A stretch of DNA of 63,748 bases, counting the filler, from Kipferlia bialata (Eukaryota): the NCBI GenBank assembly GCA_003568945.1. It is 4 parts of 4 records of this genome, joined end to end, with 100 filler letters (N's around TTAATTAATTAA, not from the genome) between each part and the next. Parts side by side here need not be neighbours in the genome. Positions count along the whole stretch, not along the records: positions 20,162 to 40,204 come from BDIP01000399.1; positions 40,305 to 60,345 come from BDIP01000400.1; 2 more parts are not named here. One strand, 5' to 3'. Of the stretch, positions 26,431 through 40,384 are shown in pieces (positions within the stretch are counted from its first letter, which is position 1; each line of letters starts with the position of its first letter). The notes beneath the pieces are model-generated. The model did not search any database and had not been told where the DNA came from. It saw only the letters and a program-made list of their open reading frames with translations. The position numbers and the translations under genes were made by a program.

Positions 26431-29400
26431 CAGTCAGACTCAGACCCGAAGAAGGAATATTTAGAATTGACTCAAGGGTGTATTTGGAGAGAGAGGGAGC
26501 GAGCAAGAGAGAGAGATAGAGCCAGTCTTACCATTGAAGAGGATCTCTGTGGTGCTAGCGTCCCCGAGAGACAGAGTGGAGACCAGGAAGTTGGGGATGG
26601 TGGACTTGGTCTCCTAGGTGTTAAGGGTGTAGGGAGAGAGAGAGAGAGAGAGAGAGAGTGGAGACTAGGAAGTTGGGGATGGTGGACTTGGTCTCCTAGA
26701 GATTAAGGGTGGAGAGAGAGAGAGAGAGAGAGAGACAGGGTGGAGACCAGGAAGGGGTTTGTAGACTGTGTCTCTCTGGACTATAAGAGTGCAGAGAGCG
26801 ATAGAGAGAACCAGACGAAGATTGTGACAGTTAGCTGAGTATATACAATCCACACTATCAAGATAGTGTGTATACAGTGACATACAGTGAATACCTGAAC
26901 GTTATCCATCCAGAATGTCAGCACCAGGGATGTGCCCATGGCAAGGTATATACTATATGATATAAATAAATACATATATATATATATATACTATATACAT
27001 TTTGGTATATATAGTAGTGTAAGTACCTGTACGTTGTCCATCCAGAATGCCAGTACCAATGATGTGCCCATGGCAAGGGCAAACAGGTAGTAGATCAGGG
27101 TGAAGTAGCCACCAATCTTGGTTCTGATGTTAGAGAGTGCAAGATTGACAATAATGCAGTATATCATACCAGTATATCATACCAAGAGATGGTGTATAAT
27201 AAGTAGTCACTGCAGTAACTATGCCCAGTACAGAGAGGTAGTACAATATACATATATACGTACTGTCTGTTGATGGGTTCTGCCTTGTCTGTGGGTGGGT
27301 CAAGGGCGTATGTACTAATATATATAAGTATATACTTATATATATATATATTTATATATGTATATATTTATACATATACTCACTGTCTGTTGATTGGGGG
27401 TGCGTTGTCTGCGATGGGGTGGTCAAGGGTGAACCTATCCCATCTGGCCACATTGATCTGGGGTTGGTCTCCAATGAAATATATACAACTATATATTAGT
27501 ATATACATATATGTGTAGCACATTATGATATATCATGGGTGAACCTGTCACATCTGGCCACATTGATCTGATGGTATTAATTATCACATATTGATTCACT
27601 TAACACACAAAATTGCATTGATCCAGGTATAATTACATTGTAAACTAATGATACATATACCATATATAAATACTATATCCGTTATGTGTATACCTTGTGC
27701 CTTATGGGGTATGTGATGAGTAGCATCACAGCCAGGAGTACACACTCTGTGTACTAATGTACCATACTATATATACACTAGTATATATATACACTAGTAT
27801 ATATCATTGAATATGAATACCTTGTGTCTAATTGGGTATGTGATGAATAGCATCACAGCCAGGAGTACACACTCAAAGTACTAATGTACCACATAAGATA
27901 AACATCACTATATACATCTATCCAATAACGTATAAGTACCTTGTGTCTGATGGGGTATGTGATGAGTAGCATCACAGCCAGGAGTACACACTCAAAGTAC
28001 TAATGTACCATACTATATATACACTAGTAAAATATTTAGTAATGTGTATATACCTTGTGCCTAATGGGGTATGTGATGAGTAGCATCACAGCCAGGAGTA
28101 CACAGAGGAACCCAGCCAGGACATAACATACACGGGTCCATGTCTCAACCTGGCCTGGGGGTTAGGGAGATATATACTTATGTATCTCCACATATACACA
28201 AATACATATTCACATATGTATATTGTAGAATAACGATGAACATAAACGGGCCCAGGTCTCAACCTGGCCTAAGGGTGAGGTGGTTAGGGATATGCATGAA
28301 TACATGTATACTGGAATATGTATACAATGTGAACACATGATAATGTATACACTTTCCTGTCATCAATGACCTTGCGTCTGGCTGCACCTCTCTCTCCCTC
28401 CCCCTCTGTATATATATACGATCTACTACAAAGAATATACCTATCTATATTAGTATAACTATATATACATATTATATACCTGTCATCAATGACCTTGCAT
28501 CCGGCTGCACCTCAGTGTCACTCTCCAGGGTGGGCTTGGTGCCTAAAGGGGTGAGATAATGTTCTTATACCCATACTTAATCTATATAGGGAGAAAGTGT
28601 CACTCCCAATGGCTTGGTGCCCTAAGAGAGGACAGGATCACACTAGCTCACATATATGGATACCAATTGATAGAATGTCACATTATGTATATATTGTGTG
28701 TTGTGACAGTTGCTCACCTGCTGTGATGCTACCGATGGGACAGTACTCATCTTCGTCACAGTCCATGCACCTGACAATAAGGGTGTAGAGAGAGAGAGAG
28801 AGAGAGAGAGACTCAAGAATATATAGTCCAAATTGAGGCTATCCACTGTCCTTGTTGTGTCATATTGCACTTTGAGTGGTCGGTGAAGGGCCATTTATAG
28901 AATGAAGACAATAGATACAACATTATGGGAATGGTAACACCTTCGTTGACTGATGCATAGATGCATATCGTATATACATGATACATTTGCGTAAGTTACA
29001 TACTTTGAGTGGTCGATGGAGGACAGGTCCGCTGGGACTTACTTACAATTCACTAATCCTAATACGGAGAAAGTAGTTTGTCGCAATACATAGTAGTGTA
29101 TAGAATATATATCACTATGCACATATCAATATATCTTACTTTGAGTGGTCGATGGAGGAGAGATCTCCTGGGGTATCGAAGTATGCACGCTGGCCTAGTA
29201 TTAGTTATATATACATGGAGAGAGAGATATACAAATAAGTTGAAGAATTCCCGCTGGCCTAGTATTGCATATACTAGCAGGTTACTAGACAGAATTTACT
29301 ATATGCTATCTGTAGCATTCAAATACTTCCCATACAGGTACAAATATATATGTCTAACCATGCCTTCTGGGCATGGTGTACACCCTAGCAGGTTCCTGGC

Positions 29401-31481
29401 AGTGTATATGTTGTATATATAGTACAAATAGTACATATATAGTANNNNNNNNNNNNNNNNNNNNNNNNNNNNNNNNNNNNNNNNNNNNNNNATATAGTAT
29501 ATCATATATACACATATCTACAAGTACCTTCTGGGCAGGGTGTGCAGACAAGCAGGTTCCTGGCAGCAAGGGTCTCACTGGGGTGAGAGAGAGAAACAAA
29601 CATGGACTCTGTAGACTACATATATACATAGCTATATATATATATATATACCGATATACACATAGCTATATATAGACGTATCATATACCTGTAGTACCCG
29701 TCTGGACATGTGACACCTACTATAACACACAGTATCCATATGTACATATATATACTATAGGGGTATATACACATACCTGTAGTACCCGTCTGGGCATGTG
29801 ACACAAGATGACTCATCAAGGGACTTGTAGGTGCCTGTCATTAGATCACATAGTTATACAAATATATATATTATATAGTATATGTATTACAAATGTATTG
29901 TCATGGCTCGCCAAGGGACCTGAGCGTACCTGATATATAAGAGATATCAAGAGGTGCATATAGTAGGAGAGAGAGAGAGAGGGGAAGATGACATCAAGGG
30001 ACTTGTAGGTGCCTGATACTAAACCAATCACACCAATAACATGCATATGTACCGAGAGATAGAGGTGGAGAGTAAGATGGAGACAGAGAGAGAGAGAGAG
30101 ACACTTACCCATGGGACATGCTGCGCAGGTACGTATACATATGCGTATATATATATATATATGGAGAGAGAGAGAGAGAGAGAGAGACGTACCCATGGGA
30201 CATGCTGTGCAACTCTCGTACTCAGAGGAGTAGTAGGTGCCTGTGGGTAAGAGATATGAAAGGGGAGGATTTGAAGATATTGACTATGTAATGCACTACA
30301 TGCAACTGTTACGATATACGAGTACATACAAATGTATACGTATGTACATGTATTCATATACCTGGGCTGCATGAGTCATAGAGGATGGTGCCATTGGCTA
30401 TATAGGTATATATATATATATGCATATGTAAAAATATATATATACATATATACCTGGGCTGCATGAGTCGTACAGGATGGTGCCCTGTGATATAAATGAA
30501 TGAATCCATTCTGATATGCATATACATGTATACATGTATATATATGTATAAATAGATAGATATGTATATATATACCTGGGCTATATATACATATATACCT
30601 GGGCTGCATGAGTCGTACAGGATGGTACCCTATGCTATATATGAATACGTCCATTTTCCTATATTCCTATTATTACGTATATACGTATGTATGTATGTAT
30701 ATATATATGCATACCTGGGCTGCATGAGTCGTACAGGATGGTCCCCTCATAGGACTTGTGCACAGGGGTCAGGGTGGCCTGGGTTAACGCGAGATAGTAG
30801 AGAGACTTGTTTACAAGTAAATGTATATACATATAGAGAGAGAGAGGATTTTGGTCAGGGTGGGTTACGCGATACAGAGATATATAACTACACATAAATT
30901 TACTTTGTCCATATATTATTCATACACATGCATATTCATACACATACATATTCATACGCATGCATATTCATACACATGCATTTCAATGTGTGTATATATA
31001 AATATATACTACAACTATTTTCAAAATAACAAATTGACTACCTTGTAGAGATCGCTGGACCCACTGTCATCGATGATGAATGATACAGTACATATATATA
31101 TATATATATACTACTTTCTACCATATGTATACATATTACAATTTCTATTAGACGTAGGTTACCTTGTAGAGATCACTGGACCCACTGTCATCAATGATGC
31201 GTTCCAGGGCCTGAAGGACACCGCCATAGCTGGGATGTGAGAACATAAATATATGTATAACACACACACATATATATATATAAAGAGAGAGGGAGAGAGC
31301 GCGCAGGAGGCGCTCCAGGGCCTGAAGGAAACCTCCATAGCTAGTGGGTGAGAAATAGTTAGTAATGACAAGAAGACATACTGCAAGTTCTTGGACATCC
31401 TTAACCCGTTGTATTGATATTAACATGCTATGGTATATGTATATATGTATACACAACATACATAGAAACTAACTGCTGCAT

Positions 31482-31520
<39 letters not shown>

Positions 31521-32286
31521 CGTACATGTACATGGTTGACCCATGGTACTGGTATGCTGTGCCCGATGTGGCTGGCAGCATGTCATAGTCTGTGACAACC
31601 TCGGTGTTGATCTGGATGTCAGACATACTCTATTCTAATATATGCATATATATACATATAAGGAGAGACAGAGAGCGAGAGCGATGTGGCTGGAAGCATG
31701 TCATAGTCTGTGACAACCTCAGTGTTGATCTGAGGAGTAAGATAAATATATAGATAGAGAGAGAGCGAGAGAAAGAGAGAGTCTGTGACAACCTCGATGA
31801 TCTGAAGGGTAGACCAATATATCAATTGACTCATAACTATATAGCAACGTCAATGTTTGAATATATACACCCATACCTGTGTATCCACTGAGTGGTCTGT
31901 CACGCCAACTATCGTATCCTATATACATATATATCTGTATATCAATATCAATATCAATATCAATGTCAATATATATACATACACCCATACCTGTGTATCC
32001 ACTGAGTGGTCAGCCACGCCGAGAGTCGTGATGTACCTGGGGGTGAGTAAACATTGTACTATGCACTATATACATACACGGAGGGTGCCGTATGTACCAA
32101 CTCAGGAGTACAAATACATAAAAATATACATAAACAAATATGTACACATCCATATATACATATATATATATACATATACATACATATACACATAAACACA
32201 TATATACCTGTAGGCAAAGGCGGATGTCCACAGTCTACCACCTAGTGTCCACACACTCCACACAGAGTCATCCACAGAAGGGTCTA

Positions 32287-32325
<39 letters not shown>

Positions 32326-32488
32326 TGTCCACACACACCACACAGAGTCATCCACATAAATTTCTAGGGTGAGATACCTAAACATAGATAAGTATATACA
32401 ATTGTGCAATCATATACACAAAGAGTACCTTCACTCTCATCCACCACCCTCTGCACCACAAATGCTTACTATAGAACACTCCTACATA

Positions 32489-32525
<37 letters not shown>

Positions 32526-33227
32526 GTTAATGATAGTGAACCAATTCACCATACCCTCACTCTCATCGACCACTCTTTGTACCACAAAGGCCGCATTGTC
32601 TACAGAGGAGTGGACACCCGTGTAGTCGTTGTCTAAGGGTGAGACATAGTATAGTACACATAGTTCACTTGATATTGACAGTATACATATACATATATAT
32701 ACATATGCATATGTCCACAGAGGAGTGGATACCCGTGTGGTCGTTGTGTAAGGGTGAGACGAAGCAAGTATATCATTCACTCGAATTCTTCGGGGGGTGA
32801 AATCAGACAAGAGATCAGAACCATATGTATGTATTGATGTGTATATTACCGAACACAATACATATACATTACCTGGGTACTGGTAGCGCCTGTATGCCAC
32901 CTGGTCTTGCAATACATATATAAAGTACTAAATATACACATATAAAGTATAGACATTACTAAACAATATATATATTGTATATAGAAAATATAAATAGTAC
33001 ATATAGTGGGGTGATGTCGTGTTGTAAATCTATACATTATACAAACTGTACCAAAATGTATATAGCGAAGTATTAATATTGAACTATATATACAATACCT
33101 GGGTACTGGTAGCGCCTGTATGCCACCTGGTCAGTGCCAAGGGTGGGTACAGCGCCCTCGTCTCTGTCTGGGGTAAGTGTATATGTATTCACATATATAT
33201 ATATGTATATATATATAGAGAGAGAGG

Positions 33228-33258
<31 letters not shown>

Positions 33259-34233
33259 TATGTGTGTGTCAAGAGTCGGGACATCGCCCGCATATTTAGG
33301 GTCAGAATATTTATTCAATTATATTGATGCATATACTTACATGGTGTGGGAAAGAGGGAGTGGTGAGGAAAAATACAGAGAAATGAGGGCATTGCCTGCG
33401 TCCTGTCCCCCTGCCCCGTTCTCCTATACTATATACTATTCATACTATGTATATACTTCATATAATGTGTACACATGTATTATTACACTACAGTATAGAT
33501 ATTTCTATAGATGCATACCTGCGTCCTGTCCCCCTGCCCCGTTCTCTGCCTCTAATATACACACCACATATATAACATGCTATACAACTAACATATATCT
33601 GTATATATCTATCTGTATATATAGTCTTCTACTCATACCTGCGTCCTGTCCCCCTGCCCCGTTCTCTGCCTCGCCCCATCCCTTGACAGACACCTCGTAC
33701 CTAGTGGGTTAGTATATATACAAACACACATATATATATATATTTACTGATACATATATATATCTGTGGTGTCGTGTGCCACCCCTTGACTGACACCTCG
33801 TACCTAGGGTAAAGGTATGGTACACACATGAGTATACCTATATACTAACTGATATATTCGTATATATACAGTGTCGTTTACCATACCTTGAGAGACACCT
33901 GGTACTTGGGTTAAGTGTACATATATATGTAGAATCACAAAGAATATCTAAATATTATTCACTGCGAATGCGATACACATTACGTACCAGTCGTAGTTCT
34001 GTCCGTTGCTGGAGAGCTCTCCGCCATACAGGAACATCCGGCCACCCACATTGTCAACGTGACAGGCCATAAGGGCTTAAAGTTAGACATATATAGTATT
34101 GCAAATGACACACAAAGACACATAGACAGGGATGTAAACTCAATGTCCATATGAGGGTATCAGATATGTCAACTGATACTGTATCAAAGAGAGAGACAAG
34201 AACACCCTGCCACCCACCTGTAGAGTCACACAA

Positions 34234-34265
<32 letters not shown>

Positions 34266-34762
34266 ATAGATAAACATAATATATATAGATAGATGTATAC
34301 CTGGAGGAGTGTTGTCGGCCTGATACTCCTCGTACTCCTCAACTCTCTCTCTCTCTATCTATCTACATACATATATAAATACTATATATATATATATATG
34401 TACACCTGGGGGAGTGTTGTCTGTTTGGTACTCCTCGTACTCCTCAACTCTCTCTCTCTCTCTCTCTGTATGTATTCATACATATATATCCATACCTGGT
34501 GGTGTGTTGTCTGCCTGGTAATCCTCGTACTCCTCATCGGTGAAGGGAAGACCGGTGGAGGAGTCGGTGGGCCTAACAGTTAGTAGTATACAAATGGCAT
34601 GTAGACAATAAGTATGTCTGGATACACAATAATGTGTACTCAATGGAAAACATGTGGATGAGTCGGTGGGCCTGGTAGTGAGGTACATGAGTATTCACTT
34701 TTAGATATGTACATGCTCCAGTTGTGTCCAGGTACTTACCTACTCTCTCTCTCTCTCTCTGA

Positions 34763-34793
<31 letters not shown>

Positions 34794-35454
34794 TATATAT
34801 CTATATATATATGTATATATATATGTCATACTATACCTCTCTAGGGCCACATGCTCCAGCTGTGTCCAGGTACTCATCTACTCTCTCTCCCCCCCTCCCT
34901 CTCTCCCTCTCTGAGTATTTTATATATATATATACTATAATACCTTTCCAGAGCCACATGCTCCAGCTGTGTCCAGGTGTGTGTCAGCAGATCAAACCGC
35001 CACATCTCATCGGACATGGATGACACACGCTGGCCACCATAGACATAGCTGGTAATAAGGGTGTAGGTGGAGAGAGTAAAGGGTGTAGAGGAAGAGAAGA
35101 ATTGACATGGATGACACGCGCTGGCCACCGTAGACATACCTGGAAATGAGAGTGTAGCTAGTGGGAAATAGTGTAACTCTTCGTCCACAAACCAGTATAC
35201 CAGTATAGTTATTGTGTGGCATATAGTATTAACATATCGTACACGTAGTTGTCCTGGAACACGATAACATGCACAAAATATAAATATATATACTTATGAA
35301 TATATATCATTATCACTGTGCATGCACTATAAATATATAACACATCACATATTATACATCACGTACACGTAGTTGTCCTGGAGCACAGTGCATGCACCAC
35401 TGGTGGGGGGGTACTCGTCACCTGGGGGTAAGACATATATTACATTCATCTCTG

Positions 35455-35489
<35 letters not shown>

Positions 35490-38096
35490 CTATGGTACTC
35501 ATCACCTCATAGGTCAGATAGAGAGCAAGAGAGAGAAGGAGGGAGAGAGTGACTGATGGGAGACAATAATATATATACATATACATACCTGTTGAATCAT
35601 CATCTGTAGGGTAGACCTGCTCCCATGTCTGGGTATCCAGCCAGAATCAATAATTAATCTACTAAAATGTATAGTATATAATATTTCGTATATATATATA
35701 TATACATATACATACCTGTTGAATCGTCATCCGTGGGATAGACCTGCTCCCATGTCTGGGTATCGAGCCAGAAGACCCACACGTCGTTGAGGTAGGTGTC
35801 TGCAATAAGGGGCTAGAGAGAGAGAGAGAGAAGTGAATGCGCTGAGGTAGGTGTCTGATATAAGGGGCTAGAGAGAGAGAGAGAGAAGTGAATGCGTTGA
35901 GGTAGGTGTCTGATATAAGGGGCTAGAGAGAGAGAGAGAGAGAGTGAATGCGTTGAGGTAGGTGTCTGGTACTAGGGGTCCATAGAATACCTTTCTAGTA
36001 TATAGTAAGCAGTCCACATTTTTCTCTCAATATATAATATATATCCTCAATAATGATACCACACGTCGTTGAGGCAGGTTTCTGAGATAAGGGGCTAGAG
36101 AGGATGTATATACTAGAAAGGGTCTGGAAGATCTCGGAGCTGGATGGAGAGAGAGAGAACATAATACGCACACACGTCGTTGATGTAGGCGTCTGGTATA
36201 TATATCTGGAATATGGGGATAGGCAGCATATATATATGTGCAAATGTAAACACAAATACAATGTATACCTGTTGTTGTGTCACTTCCAAGCATAACCAGC
36301 AGGTTGCCTCCCCAGGCATGCATGTTGAGTCTCTCTCTGACGTGATAAAGGGTGTAGAGAGAGAGAGAGAGAGAGGTTGGGTCTCTCTCTGACGTGAATG
36401 AGGGTGTAGAGTGGGAGAGAGAGATGTTGAGTCTCTCTCTGACGTAAATAAGGGTGTAGAGGGGGAGAGAGAGAGATGTTCATTCAACTGAGTAACGACA
36501 TATTTTTGTATTTGTGGTCGAGAGAGAGAGAGTTTCTTGGAAGCCACAGTGATCATTATGAATGTATATATCTCATGACTACGTGTGAGAGAGAGGGTCC
36601 CTTGGGTCAGGGATCAGGTAGATAGTACATGTATATGTAGAGAGAGAGAGAGAGAGAGAGAGTACCTTGGGTCGGGGATCAGGTAGGACGATGTCTCAAC
36701 GACCTGGGTGATGAGTGACATATACTCTAGCCATAGAGAGTATCTCCCTGTCCCAGAAACATTACCGTCATCCATCACTCTCTCCTAAATAACTATAATA
36801 TAACATACCTCCCAGTTATCACTTGACGTTTCCTCTCCCTCATCCCCAGTGCCAGACACATCGCTAGAGAGGTCAAGGCTCCAGATCACAGAGGCCAAGG
36901 AAGCAGACTCAACCCTAGTGTGAAGATAGAGAAAGAGAGAGAGAGAGAGAGGGAGAGAGAGAGGGAGAGAGAGAGAGAGAGAGAAGTCAAGGCTCCAGAT
37001 GACAGAGGCGAGCGAGGCACACTCAACCCTGCTATTTAGGGTATGGAGAGACCGTGACACAGAGATATTAGCACTGAATTGATGTTATACAATAGTAGGA
37101 TACACATGCATACTATTTCTTACCTAGATCCACCGAAGATGTACATCTTGTCCCCCACCACAGCTGATGCCAGGAGAGAGGACTCGGGGGGGGAGAGCTG
37201 GTTGCTGACATGAGATGAATATGTATACACATATATTAGTGTGTGTGTGTGTATAGAGAGAGAGAGGGGGGGATGGGAGGAGAGAGACAGAGAGAGGACT
37301 CAGGGGGTGAAAGCTGGTTGCTGGGGTAAGATAGTAGTACATAAACATAGAGAGAGAGAGAGAGAGAGAGAGAGGACTAAGTGGGGGGCTGCGTATACAC
37401 GTACAGCAGGATGATGTCGTAGTCCGATGCAGTCACTGTCTGTCACAGAATAACTGTATATGTATACATCTAACTGAATATAGTAATAGCATATATATAG
37501 TATACACTACATACGTACTGTAGAATGATGTCATAGTCCGATGCCGTGACCGTCTGTTCATCCACAGTGACAGAGACAGTCTCACTCTTGGACATGCAGT
37601 TGGAGGCACCCTGGGAATTAAGGGTGTAGGGGGAGAGAATAAGGGTGTAGTAAGAGAGAGAATATGGGTGTAGAAGGGGGAGAGAGATATGATGATGTCA
37701 GAATAATCAAGGAAGACTGTTAATTTAAATATGTTGTGTAGAGAAAGAGAGAAAGAGAGAGAGAGAGAGAGTATGTCATGTACCTCGCTCTCCATGTATC
37801 CTCCGAAGAAGTACTGGGTGGCTGAGTCCTCTGACTCCAGGGGGGGAACCTACAGGTTAGATGTACATATATAGAAGATACACTATATATATTGATGTCA
37901 ATGCATTTCATCTGTGATGCTGAGTCCTCTGACTCGAGGGGGGGGACCTGATGGTAAGGGTATGCTAAAAAAACACCATATATGATAATACTGTATATAC
38001 TACAACACGTGAATACCTGACACATTGCCCCTCCGTCCGCTGCCACGTCTAGCTGACATACTATATACATATGCCTAATACATATAACTATATATG

Positions 38097-38130
<34 letters not shown>

Positions 38131-38964
38131 TAGTACCTGGCACATTGCCCCTCCGTCCACTGCCACATCTAAGGGTGATGGGATGTCATGGTCACCCACA
38201 GCCATGTCGCCCCAGGTCTGAAGTTAGAAATGCACAATAATAGATACAATTACAATATAGATATAGTGAACAAGAGCCATGTCGCCCCAGGTCTGAGAGG
38301 GTCAGATAAGCATAGAGGTATTCATAATGGTTCAATCAACACAAATGAATACAAATGCATGAGATAGATGACCAACCAGGTCTGGGAAAGATATACACAA
38401 CATGGATACTTCTATCTAGAGAAACTGTCCATGCATACATACCCAGTTTGTTGGGTCCTGGTAGTCGCCGTTGAAGTTGAGGATGATTGCATCGTCACGG
38501 TCCTTCTGAAGAGTTAGAATATGTAGTAAGACATAAATATATATGAATTACTATCAATATAAGTATAGACACTATCTTCATGAATATAGATATAGCTGAG
38601 GATTATGGCATCACCTCTGTCCTTCTGGAGGTTAGAATATGTGGGAATCCCTAAAGTATCACTAGTGTACACAATATACTTGACTAGAAGAATACCACTA
38701 TTACCTGTGCCAGTCTGTCCCATCCGTATAGTACCACGAATCCATCCCTGGAGAGGTACTTGAGCTGCACATCGTTGCCTGCTGTTACAAAGGATATTAT
38801 TGTAGTCCAATTGTGAATTGTAACAATTCAAACAGTATTACGGTAAAAGTACGGAAAAAGATATCAATAATTAACCCATCGATAGATAGCTACTTGAGCT
38901 GCACATCGTTGCCTGCTGTTACAAAGGATTAATAATACAATGCAAATACATGACAATGCCATTA

Positions 38965-39002
<38 letters not shown>

Positions 39003-40032
39003 CCATCTCTAGATAGCTACTTGAGCTGCACATCGTTACCTGCTGTTACATAGGATATTACTATGGTCCAATTGCACATTATAACATTTCAAACAGTATT
39101 ACGGTATAATTAAACCATCCCGCGACAGGTACTTGAGCTGCACATCGTTGCCTAAGGGGTGAGATATCGTATGTAACACAAATATGACCTATACAGAGTG
39201 CCCGTAGAGTAGGTAGCTCGAATACTATGTATGGTAGCATATATATACAGTAGATATGTTATTATACTGGTACCTGTCGAGTCCAGCTCCAGATCGGCAA
39301 TAACAAAGATAGTATATAGTATATATAATACATATAACAAAGATAGTATATAGTGCAGTAGAAGTTGTATTACACAACATACATACACTCTAAAATATAC
39401 TAAAATATACTATATATGTACTTGCACTGTTACCTGTGGAGTCCAGCTCCAGATCGGCATCGACGTAGAAGGTGCAGATGTATCTGGGGGTGAGCGAACA
39501 TATAGGGAAGAGATATATATAAGAGATAGACTAAGGAGAGAGAGTGTGTGTAGAAGGTGCAGATGTATCTGGGGGTGAGACTATCAGTATCAGGAGAGAC
39601 ACCCACACCCACACACACACATATATATATATATGTATAAATATTTACTAATAACAATGAATACTGGTGACAGATGTATCTGGGGGTGAGCAAAACATAC
39701 AAGGGAGAGATATACATATGATATAGAGTAAGGGGACATATCTTGGACCAGGACTCTCACACTCACCCGCATCCTCTGGCATATGTCAAGATATAAGGTA
39801 TATATATACATATGAAACTGTGGTAGATACCCACCTAGGTCCAGGATTCTCACACTCCACTGCATCCTCTGAGTCAACCTCTCTCTCCCTCCCTCTCTGA
39901 ATACATAAATTTATATATATCTATATATATATATATATGTATATGTATATATATAGTCATATGTTAATATACTATACATATACCTAGGTCCTGGCTTCTC
40001 ACATTCCACTGCATACTCTGGGACCAAGTGAG

Positions 40033-40075
<43 letters not shown>

Positions 40076-40149
40076 CATATATAATATACTACTAACTTGC
40101 CTAGGCCCAGGCTTCTCACACTCCACTGCATCCTCTGGGTCGATGTCAG

Positions 40150-40153
<4 letters not shown>
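22337..40153 (-). CDS. Giant membrane protein with Kelch repeats, Cys-rich (GCC2/GCC3 ephrin-receptor-like) repeats and a 3-TM C-terminal region; 5' partial
   Basis: Dozens of small exons. Kelch motifs: VVGDKMYIFGG, YVYVYGGQ...MWRFDLLTHTW, GRMFLYGGE. Cys motifs: CVTCPDGYY, CTPCPEG, CMDCDEDEYCPIGS. TMs: VCYVLAGFLCVLLAVMLLI, IGGYFTLIYYLFALAMG, IGSFVGVALGSVMGLSGTFSLIM. Last exon VSNPLAVTPAQRVPEETV*. A single gene is assumed but not every junction was checked. Confidence 0.7.
24445..24697 (-). repeat. 75-bp tandem array of exon end + donor + intron start
   Basis: GAGATTACCTGTTGTCTCGT at 24521, 24596 and 24671, with a degenerate copy near 24445. Confidence 0.9.
25926..26460 (-). repeat. Tandem array of acceptor + exon-start copies
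   Basis: CAGACTCAGACCCGAAGAAGGAGAACTCAACGTTGA-type unit about 7 times (some partial), separated by (GA)n. Confidence 0.9.
29445..29491. other. Internal assembly gap
   Basis: 47 N within an intron. Confidence 0.9.
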
Positions 40154-40204
<51 letters not shown>

Positions 40205-40304
40205 NNNNNNNNNNNNNNNNNNNNNNNNNNNNNNNNNNNNNNNNNNNNTTAATTAATTAANNNNNNNNNNNNNNNNNNNNNNNNNNNNNNNNNNNNNNNN
40301 NNNN
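40205..40304. other. Artificial scaffold-joining linker
   Basis: 100 nt of N with TTAATTAATTAA. Confidence 0.95.
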
Positions 40305-40384
40305 TATACTATGTATACTATATATATACTATATGTATACTATATATATGCTATATATAGATGTGTATATATATATATTCTACC

